NCBI GenBank assembly: GCA_965112735.1
Contig: OZ218957.1
Span: 3,038,001 to 3,102,000 of the forward strand
Reading direction: 5' to 3'
Length of the DNA: 64,000 bases
Source: Phaeosaccion multiseriatum
Lineage: Eukaryota > Protista > Ochrophyta, other classes
A model generated the notes under the pieces. It saw only the letters and a list, made by a program, of their open reading frames with translations. It was not told the origin of the DNA and ran no database searches. The translations under genes were made by a program, and so were the position numbers. Positions 11,214 through 23,716 of this stretch are shown in pieces (the first letter of the stretch is position 1; each line of letters begins with the position of its first letter).

Positions 11214-14200
11214 TCATAGGGTCACCGAGCAATTGGGCAGGAGCCTCTGGAGCTCGCTCCGGACTTCGTTTCCCGCGTTTCCTGAGCCGATGCACATAGT
11301 AATGGGGGGTATACACAGAGTTATCGGGTATGGGTCTCAATGACCAAAGGTGTAGCAAGCACTCAGCAGAGAAAAATGTGCGTGGGAAGGAGAGTCGAAA
11401 AGGCGCCGCGCGTAGCAGCAGCAGCAGCAGCAGTTGGTGATACGCAGCAGAGAGGAGCAGCAAGTCAACATGCCGACTGACAAGGTCCGATGTTCCGACG
11501 ATGCTCGTGGGCTGGTCGAGTGTCGAGCGGGGCGGGGTGTGCAGCAATCTTCACCCGCTCACATACTCATGCACTCATACTGTTGCACCGATTTGCTACC
11601 TTATGGGCGAACTCACTCCCTCACTCACACTCATACTCAGTCAGTCAGTCAGTCAGTCAGTCAGTCAGTCAGTCAGTCAGTCAGTCAGTCAGTTAGTCAG
11701 TCAGTCAGTCACTCACTCACTCACTCACTCACTCACTCACTCAGTCACTCACTCAGTCACTCAGTCACTCAGTCACTCACTCAGTCACTCAGTCGGTCAG
11801 TCAGTCAGTCACTCACTCACTCACTCACTCACTTTCACTCACCCACTCACTCACTCACTCTACTCACTCACTCACTCACTCACTCACTCACCCTACTCAC
11901 TCACTCACTCACTCACTCACTCACTCACTCACTCACTCACTCACTCACCTGCAAAAGCGTTTCCGTGGAGGTACAAATGCTTGAGCCGCGTCAAGTGCCC
12001 GAGTTGGACATACGGCACTGGGCCTGGCTCACAGATGTCAGTTCAGTCAGCATCACGTAGTCAGGCGGGACAACGACCGCCACCGCCACGGGAAGTAAAA
12101 CGAGGATTAGAAGGGGGAAAGGAAGGAAGCAAACGGTGAGGGAGTGGAGGGTGTGGAGATGGGTGAGGAAGGGCGTGGAGCGAAAGAACAAGCAAAGCAT
12201 TAGAGGAGAGCCCTTGGGCGATGCAGCACGCCCTCTCAGACTCTTTTTTCAGCCTGCCTTTCTGAACTGGGCCCCCTCCTTCTAGTCGCTCATCCTTCGG
12301 AGCAGTGGCCCAAGCTCCCAGGCTGCAGAGGACCCATGTATGCTCGCAGCCACTTCCGTACCCACCCATGCATCCACGCACCCACCCATGCATTCATCCG
12401 CGCACCCACGCAACCACCCACCCATCCACCCACCCACCCACCGATCCACGCACCCACCCATGCACCCACGCACGCAGCCAGGCACCCACCCACGAACGCA
12501 CCCACCCACCCACCCAGGCACCCACACACCTCAATATCCTCCCTCTGTCCTGACACCTACCCGAGAGGCGGTTCCCATGAAAGTGTGCGTAGGACAGCTC
12601 CGAGCAGCCCGAGAGGTCGGGGAGTGGGCCTATTGGTTCGTAGAAGAGGAGCCGCGGGACAGGGCAGGGCTGAGAAGAACAACTACGATAGACAAGACAG
12701 AGAGGGATAGAAAGAGAGACAGGCAGAGAGGGAGAGAGACAGACAGACAGACAGATAGACACACAGATAGACAGACAACAAAGAGAGAGACAGACAGAGA
12801 CGTGTGTCCGTGCGTGCGTGCGTGCGTGCTTACCGTCGAGAGCCCCCCGAAGAGAAACGTGCGTAAGCTTTTGCAGCTCTCCAATGCTCGGCGGGATTGG
12901 ACCTTCAAGAAGAGAAGAGAAGAGAGAGGGAGAGAGAGAAAGAGAGAGACAGAGAGGGAAGGAGGGAGAGAAGACGAGAGACAGAGGTAAAGGAAGGGAG
13001 AGAAGGAGGGAGACAGAGAGGGGGGGAGGAGGGAGCGATTGTTGTGCGGTGAGTTTGAAAGCGCAAGCATGCATGCACGCACGCACGCACGCACGCACAG
13101 CTGCGGAGCATGACGCACCCTTGAGCATCTCTCCAGCGTGAATGTAGAGCACCTGCAGATGCCTGAGCTGGCCCAGCTTGGGGGGCAAAGGACCTGTGGT
13201 CAAGCAGTGGTCAAGCAGTGGTCAAGTAGGGGTCGAGCAGGGGTCAAGCAGTGGTCAAGCAGTGGTCATGAGTAGTTGTCATTCAGCTCTGGACATGAGT
13301 ATGGTGTGCACCGACCACAATCAGGAATTAGAGCAATCCGGCCTGGCGCCGGCCCTTATCAAATCAATAATAAGGCCGGCTGGCGTCGACCATAATCAAA
13401 AATCAGACCTGGCGCCGGCCATAATCAGTAATCAGATAATCATGTCTCTCCCTGTCCCGATCGTCACGAGTAGCTGTCATGACTTGTTGTCAAGCAAGGA
13501 GTTGTCGCGTGTGAATGCGAACTCCCTCTGCGTCGAGTTTTGCTTACCCGTGAGGAGTGAAGAGCGAAAGTAGAGCAGGGTGAGCTCTCGAAGCAAACAC
13601 AGCTCCTCGGGGATGGGCCCTTTTTGTGTTGTTGGAGAACGAGGGAAAAGGAAGATGAAAAGAGGGAGGGGGGGGGGGGGGAGGAAGCCAAAGGAGTACA
13701 GAGAGAGGAAGGAGCTCAGGGCAGGGAGGGATGAGGAGGGAGGGAGGGAGGGAGGGAGGGAGGCCTGGCGAAGAAGAGAGAGAGGGCAGAGGGAGAGCGA
13801 GCGAGGATGGATTCGATGCTCATCGCTCGTCACGACGGGAGACATCCACTACTAAAGCCCTCGTCCCGACGACGACTTCGCGTGCCCACCCCCACGCATG
13901 CAAACACAATAACACGCACACACGCTCACACACACACGTACTCACACACACACGCACTCACACACACACGTACTCACACACACACGCACTCACACACACA
14001 CGCACTCACACACACACGCACTCACTCACGCACGCACTCACACACACACGCACTCACTCACGCACGCACTCACACACACACGCACTCACACATACACGCA
14101 CTCACACACACACGCACTCACACACACGCACTCACACACACACGCACTCACACACACACGCACTCACTCACGCACGCACTCACACACACACGCACTCACA

Positions 14201-17127
14201 CACACACGCACGCAAAGACACCCACGCACCAGACATCTGTCCAGAGAGCGCGAGCACTCGAAGCTTGCGCAAGCCCCCCAATGACCTCGGAATGGGTCCT
14301 GGGGCGTATGTGTGGGGCGTATGTGTGTTCGTCAATGTCGAGTGGAAGGAGTGGAAGGAGTGGCGTGTAGAGGTTGGTTGGAGGAGGGGCGGAGGTGGTG
14401 GGTTGTGGGTTGCGGTGGTGCGGTGAGGAGAGGAAGAGAGGGGAGCCAGTGAGACAGTGAGGCAGTGAGGCAGTGAGACAGTGAGGCAGTAAGGCAGTGA
14501 GGCAGTGAGGTAGTGAGGCAGTGGGATAGTGAGGCGGTGAGGCAGTGAGGCAGTGAGGCAGTGAGGTAGTGCGGCAGTGAGGCAGTGAGGCAGCGATGCA
14601 GCAGTGACTCTTCATTGACTTGATTGAAGCACTTACCGAGGATGGTGTTGCCAGCGAGATTGAGCTCCCTCAGTTCCCGGAGCAGTCCAAGGCTTGAGGG
14701 TAGGGTGCCTACGAGCCCATTCTCAGGTAGACACAGGTGAGTCACACTGCCGTCGCCTCTCACAGGCTGCTGCTGTATCACCAACTGCTGCTCCTGCTCC
14801 TGTGGGCACGAGTGCCACGTACCAATAGTGGAGCTGCTGTCTGTGCTGAGAAGCACGCCACCGCCATGAACGCTGTCGAGTCCCAGCCCGCTGCTACCGC
14901 TGTTGGTTCTACTGCTCCTACCGGTGCTGCTGGTACTTCTGCTAGTGCTGCCGGGCGGAGGAGGGCCGACCTGAGCAAGAGAAGCCTGACCAAGATGAGG
15001 AGGAGGAGGAGGAGGAGTGGTACTGTCCAGGATGTGTCCTCCTTCTTCTCCTCCTTCTCCTCCTCCTCCTCCTCCCTCTCCTCCCCCCCCTCCTCCTTCC
15101 TCTTGCTCACACAGCACTCCTCGCCACTGACCCAGCGACGCGTCGGTGCCCCACCCCTCTCTACTCGTCCAGTGCTCTGGCCCGTGGGTACTGCGGAAGA
15201 ACGACACTAAAGCCCGGCGCTGCCAGGAGACCTCTGACTCACTGCCGCTCTCACTGCCTACGGCGCTGTCCTGCTGGGCTTGGTTTTGGTCGTTTGGATT
15301 GTGCGCCGAGGGACTAGACTCCGCGGACTCCGAGTCGGCGTTACTGTTGTGATGGTCCTTGTCGGCAGTGTCGGTGCTCTCTTCGTCTTCGTCGTAGTCG
15401 TTGTCCTGCTCCCCCACCTCCGCTCGTCTGCCCCCTTGTTCTCCTCGTCCCGGGCGCGGGTAAGAAGCCTCCTTCTCTCTCTCCTCCTCCTCCTCCTCCT
15501 CCTCCTCCTCCTCCTCCTCCTCCTCCTCCTCCTCCTCCTCCTCGTCGTCGTCGTCGTCGTCGCCCTCCCCCTTTTCCTTGTCAACATGCTGAGAGGACTC
15601 CGAGCCGGCATTGACCTTACCCTTGTCCTTCACCTCCTTATCCGTCTCCTCACTACCATCATCGAGCAGCAGCAAGGCGGCCGAGAAGAGCTCTCCGAAA
15701 GGGGCAAGGTGTGGAGTCGACGACATCCTCCTCCTACCCTCGCCATCGCCCCTGCTGCTGCTGCTGCTGCTGCTGAGAGTGATGCCTTTGTTCGACGCCC
15801 TCAGCAGAGCAGGAGCCCCTCCCACGAGCGGCCCCGGCTGTGGCGGCGACCACTGCTTTGTGAGGTATCGGTCCAGCTTGGTGGATAATGTTTGCAGCGC
15901 TTGCTCGACCCCTGAGAGCCTCTCCCCGAAACCGTCGAGACGGGCTGCGAGGATGTCGGTGCTGCTGCTGCCCCCCCCCTGCTGCTGTTGTCCCCTCTTC
16001 AAGGACTGGTACGAGGCCTTGCTGACCGCTTCAACTGCTTCGAGGTCTTCGCGCACCGCCCTCGTGAGCTCTGCCTGCTGGTCTCCTAACCACAGCAGCG
16101 AAGTCTCCACGGCCGCCAGATGAGGAGCAAGGAGAGCCTGCAAGCAGCGGACAGTCCCCTCCTCTTCTCCTTCGTCTTGCTGCAGCTTCACCTCATCACG
16201 GACGCGACTCTCATCGCGCTGCTCGTCACGACTCTGCTGCGGGTGCTGCTGCTCCTGCAACGCAAAGCTCCTTCTGCCGTCCTTTAGGGCGGGCTTCGAG
16301 TCCTTTCTTTCGCCAGCAGTATGGTCGTGATTGCTCGCTAGGAGTGGGGCGGTTAAGGCGGAGAATTGCGAAGAAAGATACGTCAAGAAGCGTTCACCCG
16401 CTGGAGCGATGAGGGTTGACTCGACAGCCCGCTCAGGCTGCTGCTGCCGCTGGTGGTGGTGGTGGTGGTTGTGGTGGTGGTGCTGCTGCTGGTGGTGCTG
16501 GTGCTGGCGCTGGTGCTGGTGCTGGTGCTGCTGGTGCTGCTGGTGCTGCTGGTGCTGCTGCTGGTGCTGCGGCTGGTCGCAGCCCACATCGTGCCCCCGC
16601 CACCTCCTCTGCTCGTGCCCCGCTGAGCTCATCTGAGTCTCACTGCCTTCGTCGCCCCCGCCTCCTTTTTTCACACCCTCCCCCCTGCTGAGAGGTGCGA
16701 AACTCAAGAAGCTGTCCTCGCTGCTGTCCTCGCTGCAGGCGTCATCATTATCCTCATCCCCCACCTCCTCTTCCCCGTCTTGGTTTGAATCAGTCACGTC
16801 ATCGTGTCCAGACTCGCTCTCGTCGTGAATCCCGCCGCTGCTCTCGACGAACAATCCTTCGATGCTGTTCGCCACGCTGCTCGAGCGGCTATCCCCCCCG
16901 GCGAAGAGGACAGAGAAGTCGGCTTTTGTGAGCGGAGAGCCCCCCCAGTAGGAGGAAAGTTCGCTTCCAAAGCTTCCGAAGCTCCGTGCTCGAGACCGAG
17001 ACCTGCTTCTGCTTCGGTAGCGGTAGCTTCGGCGGGTGCTACTTCCCCCTCTGCTGCTCTCAATGCTGCCCTCGTCGCTGCTCTGCTCGAACGACCACCT
17101 GAACGTCCCTTCCCCGCCTTCCTCCAT
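11214..17127 (-). CDS. Leucine-rich repeat protein (plant-type LRR with N-cap, long disordered N-terminus), about 995 aa; exons 17127-14637, 14298-14230, 13619-13548, 13193-13119, 12902-12834, 12629-12561, 12023-11949, 11281-11214
   Basis: LRR N-cap RRALVSFFRSTHGPEHWTSREGWGTDASLGQWRGVLC. Repeats GTLPSSLGLLRELRELNLAGNTIL, GPIPRSLGGLRKLRVLALS, GPIPEELCLLRELTLLYF, GPLPPKLGQLRHLQVLYI, GPIPPSIGELQKLTHVSL, GPLPDLSGCSELSYAHFHGNRLS, GPVPYVQLGHLTRLKHLYLHGNAFA. C-terminus ELQRLLPNCSVTL*. All 7 introns are GT-AG and phase 1; the joined length of 2988 nt is in frame. Confidence 0.85.
11612..11948. repeat. (CACT)n/(CAGT)n compound microsatellite at the 5' end of LRR intron 7
   Basis: On the minus strand the intron begins GTGAGTGAGTGA... 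directly at the donor site. Confidence 0.95.
13910..14215. repeat. (CA)n-based compound repeat (CACACACACGCACT-type units) in LRR intron 2
   Basis: Directly visible. Confidence 0.9.
14446..14595. repeat. 8-bp tandem repeat (GCAGTGAG)n in LRR intron 1
   Basis: About 18 degenerate copies visible. Confidence 0.9.
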
Positions 17128-17455
17128 CCTCGAAAGTACGACGTCTCCTCATTTTGAATTGGAAAAGGGTTCAAAGTCGTTTGACACACCTCGATTTTAA
17201 TTCGAGGTGTGTGTGTTTTTTTAGGGTGAGCCCACACTGCACATTGCAATGCATTGAGATAAGGTAAAAAAAAAGCGATTTTTTTCATCTTCCCTTATGG
17301 GGTGTGGCCTACTGATACTTCGCTTGACCCAAACTGGGGCATATATATACTACCACACGATTTCGCATAGAGAACGAGGGGCGTGTTTCCGCGATGCCCT
17401 GTACAATGCTTCGATTTAAAACAGCACTCACTACGGAGGCTCAATTAACAGGGCT

Positions 17456-20400
17456 TCAGTCAGCCTGTGTGAGGGAGAGGGGGGAAAGGAGCATGTACAC
17501 ACATAGCGAGCGGCAATGGCGAGGAGCAGTGGTGAGGAACAAATGGAGGGAGGGAGGGAGGGAGGGAGGGAGGGAAGGAGGAGCAATGCAGAGGTAAAAG
17601 GGCGGGGAGGAAGCGACACAAAAACCAACTTCGCTCCATTCTCCTTGCCTTTGGGCACAGCCCGAGTCAAGCCTTTTGCCCTTGGCCCCAACAAGGCAAA
17701 ACTCACTCTCACACACTCAATTCACTCACCTCCCTCCTGCCTCCCGTGCTGGCCGTCTGGAAGCAAGACGTGTTGCCCAATAGTGGAGCCCCAAACACCT
17801 CCTCCATCTTGCCACCCTCCTGCGTGTAAGGGGAGGTGGACGTCGTCGCCATCGAAGAGGGGGGCGAGGATGTCGACCCCATTCCCGATGAGTTGTGGTG
17901 CGGTGAGACAGAGCCTCCAGAGGTCAACATGGAGCTCGAGCCCGTGGTGGAGACCAGAGAGGAGACCGAGGAGGAGGGGGCGGCGGGTGCCGACAGAGAG
18001 GCGGGGAGCATCATGCGTGCGTGTCCCATATGCCCCATCATCAGACCCGCTCCAGTCCGTGTGGGGGAGGAGGGTAGGCTGCTGGTACCGGTGCCTCCCA
18101 TGTGCTGCTGGTACGGCGGGGATGGTGAGTTGTGGGGGGCCGCTGGGCGGTGGTCGCCCAAATCCGTGAGGTGCGAGGCAGCGGCGGCCAGCAACGCCAC
18201 TCTGTTTTGGTTGGTGGTTAGTTATCGTGTGGAGAAGGAAGGATGGAAGGAAGGACACAGGAAGAAATATGAGAAGAGAGAAGAGAAAGAGAAGCAAGCA
18301 AAGCAAGACTCGACTGAAAACGCCAAGAGAGAGACGACACCCATCTACACCACCTTCAACCTCAAGCCCATCTTACCCTCCCCTCCCCTCGCCTCCCCTC
18401 CGCTTCCGTACCTACTCCCGTACCTACTAGGGGAACCTCCCACCGAGGACGACAGCGAGAAGGCCTGCTGCTGCCCCTGCTGCTGCCCTGCCTTAGGGCC
18501 CGCCATCTTACGCTCAAGCAGAGCCGCGGCCACCTTGGAGGGCGTGGATGGCAGCTGACGAGACCCCGCCGTCGTGGCGTCTGGGGTGGACCTGTCCTCC
18601 TTGTTGCTAAACGATGCAAATACCCCCCCCCCCGGGCCCGTGCTGCTGAGGCTCTTGAAGCTGGTTAGGCTGTCGATGCTCTTGAAGCTTCCCACGCTGT
18701 CGTTGCTGTGGCTGTTGTGTCCGCTGCTACCGCCGCCGCCTGTGACGCCGTTGCTGCTTCCGCTCATCCCACTCATTCCTTCCAGCACCTCTGCCGCCTC
18801 CGCCGCCTGGTGACCCATACCCTCCTCCTCCCCCTCCTGATCAACCGCCGCTCCTGCCTGCTTCGTGAGGCCCAAGCCCTTGCCAGTCGAGCTCCTGCTG
18901 GCATGCGGGAAAAGCCCGACCCTTTTCAGCAAAGGTGGTAGACCGACTGCTTGGCTTAGGGCCAACAAGTGCTGTTGCCCTTGTTGAGGAGCGCCGTCTG
19001 CTCTTGTCTCGGAAGAATCCGCTGCCGCCGCCGCTGCCGCTGCTGCCGCCACCGCTGCGGCGCCGAGCCCCGCTTTACCTTCTCCCGCTTTACCTTCTCC
19101 CGCCCCTGCGGCCGCGGGTGATTCCCCTCCTCCCAAGTTGGTCGCGCTGGAGGATGAGAGGCCCATTGCAGTAGACGAAGCGTACATACTCATTGGACTG
19201 CCGTTGTGCTCTTGCCGCTCGACCCTGCGCGTCATCAGCACTCCGTTCGCGTTCGCGGCTGCCGCTGCCACCGCCGCTTCCCTCGGGCCGCCGCTACCAC
19301 CTCCGCCTCCTCCTCCTGCTCCTCCTCCGCCTCCTCCTCTGCCGCCGCCGCTGCCCGCCCCGCCTCCAGCAGAGGCACCGCCACCCCCTGCAGAAGCAAA
19401 CACGCCGTGGAAGGGTCTTCTCGCGCCTCCTCCTCCTCCTCCGCCGCCTCCGCCTCCACTCTCGCCATCCCGGCTCCCTCTGCGAGGCACAGGACTCCGA
19501 CTCCGCGTGTTTTCGTCGTCGTTGAACCACTTGCCATACCCGTCCTGGGACAGCTCACCGGCGGCGTCTCGAATATAGCCGTGCTGCGGCTGGTACTGGA
19601 GGAGACAGAGGAGACAAGAAGCATCAACATTATACCATAACCACACGAAACAATAGAGGGGAGAGGGAAGGACACATGCACACAAGTGGGGTAAGAAGCA
19701 TGCGAACCAAAATAGAGAAAAAAAGGGGGGCACCACACGCGTTTCTTTTGGTCCCAAACGCCACCCACAGTCGAAAAAGAGGAAAGAGTTGAAACAAGTA
19801 AGGCCAGAGAGAAGGAGAGAGAGAGAGACAGACAGAGAGACTGCATCGCATCCATTCCCTTTCTCTTCCTTTCCTATCACTCACTTGGTGGGGGGCAGGG
19901 AGGAGCGCCGCCATCTGTTGCTGCTGTTGGTAGTACTGCTGCTGCTGTTGCTGCTTGGTCTGCTGTGCGCCGTCCACCCCTCCTCCTCCTCCACCACCAC
20001 TACCACCACTACCACCTCCTCCTCCCCCGGCGCCTGTCATGTCCGGTCGAGGCGGCAAAGGCAACCTGAAATTCAAACTCCCTCCTCCTCCTCCTCCTCC
20101 TCCTCCTGCTGCTGCTCCTGCTCCAGGCCTGTTGCCCCCCACTCCTCGGAAGGGGCTGTTCACAGTCAGAGTGGGCGCCTCATTGGGTGCAGGGAACATG
20201 CGCATACGCCAAGAGTCGTTGGAATTGCAGGGGAAAAGCATGTCGTCGGAACTCGTGGTGGTGGGGATGAGCGGCGAGAACGCCGACATGGAGTTGGCGG
20301 CATGCGACTCCCGAGGGGTCACAACGGCCGCGGGGCGGTAGTAAGGGTAGCCCGGCACGGGGCTCACTCGGCCGGTCGTGGTGCCCGCTCCTCCTCCGGC

Positions 20401-23400
20401 TCGGGGGGGAGGCCCCCCACCAGAGGAAGCACCAGCCTCCCCCCTCTTCATCACCCCCCCGCCGGAGGAGGGCTGACGTCCAGCCAACGCCTTTCCCTTT
20501 CCCTTTCCCTTGCCTTTGCCTTTGCCTCTGCGCGGAGGGGCGGCGTGGCCATTCGCGTAATGTGATGGTGCGCCGCTTTTTCTCCCGCTGCTTTTGGCCC
20601 TCTCCCGGCCGTCCTTCCCCTGGACATGGACTCCTTCTTCCCCGTCCTCTCCATCAGTGCCCTCCTCCTCCTCCTCTTCCTCTTCCTCCTCCTCCTCTCC
20701 GTCCTCGTCGTCGTCCTCATCTTCCTCATCGTCGTCTTCGCCGTAGTCCGTCGCCCCCCTTGCTCGCCTGCATGCTCTGCTTCTCTGGCTGTAACGTTTC
20801 TCCTCCCCCTCGTCCTCCTCTTCCCCATCATCATCCTCGTCGTCCTCCCCCTCCTCCTCCTCCTCATCCTCCTCGCCGTAGTAATCGTCCTCATCGTCCT
20901 CCTCATCTTCCTCCTCGTCTCTGGCAGCACCCTTGGCGCTCCTTCGCCTCTTCCTCGTGCTGCCCATTGAACGCTGAAAAGCTCCCCCTCCCCCCGCCTC
21001 CTCGTCTTCTGGCCTCCTCGCTGGCCTTGTGCCCGGCCTCGATGCCGACCCGGAGTCCCTCCTCCCCGCAGACTTCTTCCGCTTGCGAGACAGGGGCGGG
21101 GGCTCAGTACTGCCATCGAGTGCCATCGCCACAGAGGAGCAATCAAGATTATGGGAAGGGAGAGAGACGGTGAGGGGCGAGAATTAACAGATTTTTTTTT
21201 TGGAACGGGCAAATTCCCCCCCCCCCCCCCTCTGAAGCTTAACCTGCCAGAGCTATGACAGAGTATGTAAGACGAGGCCGGTCACAAACACAAAACAAAA
21301 AATCGCCAAACAAATAAACAACAATCGTCTCTTTCTGAAACGCACGCACCCAACTGCACCCCCGAGTTCCCCGCTACCCCCCACCCCGTTGCATGTGGAA
21401 CCCCACCCCACCCCTCCCTCCCCCTCGCCCCGCACACTTAGTTATGGATAGTCAAGTATTGGCATGTATCGTATACATGCCAATACTTGACTATCCGTAA
21501 CCCCCCCCCCCCCCACACACACACACACACCAACACACACACGCACCCTGGTTCGTACGACAGCGTGGTGCTTCCCTTCCTGCCCATTGCCGTACGCACA
21601 GCGGAGAGGGCCCCCTCAACGTCCCCGCGGAGGTCGAAACGGCCGCAGGAGGTGGGCTTTCCGTTGGTGAAGCAAGTGCCGTAGCGCGACTTGAGGTAGT
21701 TGACGAGCTTGGGCTTGAGGGAAGAATTCCAGCGGTTCTTGATGGCGTTGTCGGTTCTGAATCAATCGATGGATGAATGGGTCGAGGAATGAATCAGGTT
21801 TCGTGTGTGTGTGTGTGTGTGTGTGTGTTTGGCATTTAAAAAAAAAACATCATCGGGGCGGTAAGAAATGAGAGTAATGCGACGACGATAATGAATTGGG
21901 GAAACGCTACACGAACACTGATCAAGCACAGTCGCGCAGCAGCAGCAGCAGCGGGTGAGCCCCGCTTCCCCTCCCCTCCCCCCCCCCCCCTACCCCAAAC
22001 ACTACTCCCACTCCCCCACACACACTACAAACGCACCTGCCCGTGAGGGTCTTGGAGATGTCTGCCCACTTGTTGCCGTGCTTCTCCTGCGACGAGAGGA
22101 TGATGCGGTCCTCCTGCTCGGACCAAGGGGCTTTCTTCACCCCTGGGTTGAGATGGTTGTGCCAGCGCTCCCTGCATTGCTTGCCGATACGGCCGGGCAG
22201 GCACTTGGCGATTACGCTCCACTTGTGGGGGCCGAAGCGGGCCACCATGTCCCGCACGCGTTGGTCCTCCTGTGGATGGACGGAAGAGACGAGAGAGAGA
22301 CAAAGAGAGGGGGGGGGGGGGGGGGGAGGGAGAGAGGGAGGGAGGAGGGACGAAAGTAAGAAGTGAGTGTAAGGGAGGAGGGAGGGACAGGGGTAATACA
22401 GCGTTTGATGCACGGGCGAACGGTGAGAAAGGTGGGGGGGGGGGGAGGGGAGGAGTAGAGACAAGGGATGAACAGGCCCGTCGAAGGAGAAGACCCGTGT
22501 CATTCCTTCCACCTCCAAAACAAAGCAAACCGGTCCACAAACTAATTAATGGGCATTGTGGTGTTCTCTTGCGTGGCCACTTGCCCACTTGAAGCCCTCC
22601 CCTCCCCTCCCCGCCCAGAGAGGGGCAATGTGAGGCAAAGGCACCACTGGCCTGGCCTCGGCCCCTTTCTGTGTGCTCCGCCAGACCCCAAAGACTTTGT
22701 CCTCGGCCCCTGACTGACTAACTCACTGACCAATGAACTAGACTGACTGCCTCACTCACCTCCGCTGTCCACGCTCCCCGGGTGACCTCCGAGCTGCTGA
22801 CCTTCTTCCAGCGCAGCTTGCACTCCTCCACAGTGCGGCCCTCCATCTTGTTGCACAGACCCTGCCATACGCGATCCGTCAGCTTGGAAACCTTCTTGAA
22901 CTTGTCCACGAGCTTGCGCAGCTTGAGGTCCTGTGCAGAGGGGAAGGGAGGGAGAAGGAGGGGGTGGCAGGCGGGCGAGCGCGGGGCAGAGGGGTTAGGC
23001 GAGACAGAGAGAGAGGGAGCGAGTGTGTGTGTGAGAGAGAGAGAGCTCCAGCTCACAGTAGAGACGACAAAGGATGGGTAAGTAGAGGTGGTGAGCTCAA
23101 CACAAGGCGGGGGGGGGGGGGAGGGAGGATTTGAATTCAGTACCATGCCCCCGTCCGCTTTCCACTGCTTGTCCCTCTACAGAGTCTACGCTCACTGATC
23201 GGACGGGGTTTACGGGGCCATACTGCCCCCCTGCCTCTTCATCGCCTTTTACTCGCACTCCTTCCCTCTCACGGTTCAAACTACAAAGTTGCAGGAGGCC
23301 TTCCGCATACCAGGCATGCGGGCTCTAGCGCTCGACGGTAGACTGGGATGCGGTCGTCCGATGAGTCTTCTGGCGAGTCCTGCACGTTTTTCCACCCTAC

Positions 23401-23716
23401 CCCTCTCCCTGGTTCCTCTAGCCCCACCCAAGCTCGTCACCACTCTTGAATCCCAATTACCAGCCCAGACACCACCAGTGCCAGCAAAAAATGCTACAGT
23501 ACACAAAGCAGGGTAGGCCTCCAGGACCCCTTCAGCACATCCATCCAGCACATGGGGAAACAATTTCCTTCCCGCAAGTCATGGTAATTTGTCCCTTACG
23601 GCCGTTTTGACTGTGCTACCTCATTCAACCCCTCCCCCCCCCCCCTTCTCTCTTTCCGCCTCGTCTTTCCCAGCAGCCGCTTTCCGCCTTACCTCCTCAA
23701 GGTCCCATGACGACAT
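17456..23716 (-). CDS. Three-repeat MYB transcription factor (R1R2R3-MYB), about 1171 aa; exons 23716-23693, 22930-22760, 22269-22037, 21756-21547, 21109-19885, 19595-18424, 18201-17730, 17464-17456 (last exon tentative; alternative stop at 17709)
   Basis: R1 SSWDLEE|DLKLRKLV..W..EGRTVEECKLRW; R2 GAWTAE|EDQRVRDMVARFGPHKWSVIAKCLPGRIGKQCRERWHNHLNP; R3 KAPWSEQEDRII..HGNKWADISKTLTGR|TDNAIKNRWNSSLK. GT-AG junctions keep frame (3516 nt total). Confidence 0.85.
21441..21501. repeat. 29-bp inverted repeat with 3-nt loop (one mismatch) in a MYB intron
   Basis: GTTATGGATAGTCAAGTATTGGCATGTAT-cgt-ATACATGCCAATACTTGACTATCCGTAAC. Confidence 0.95.
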
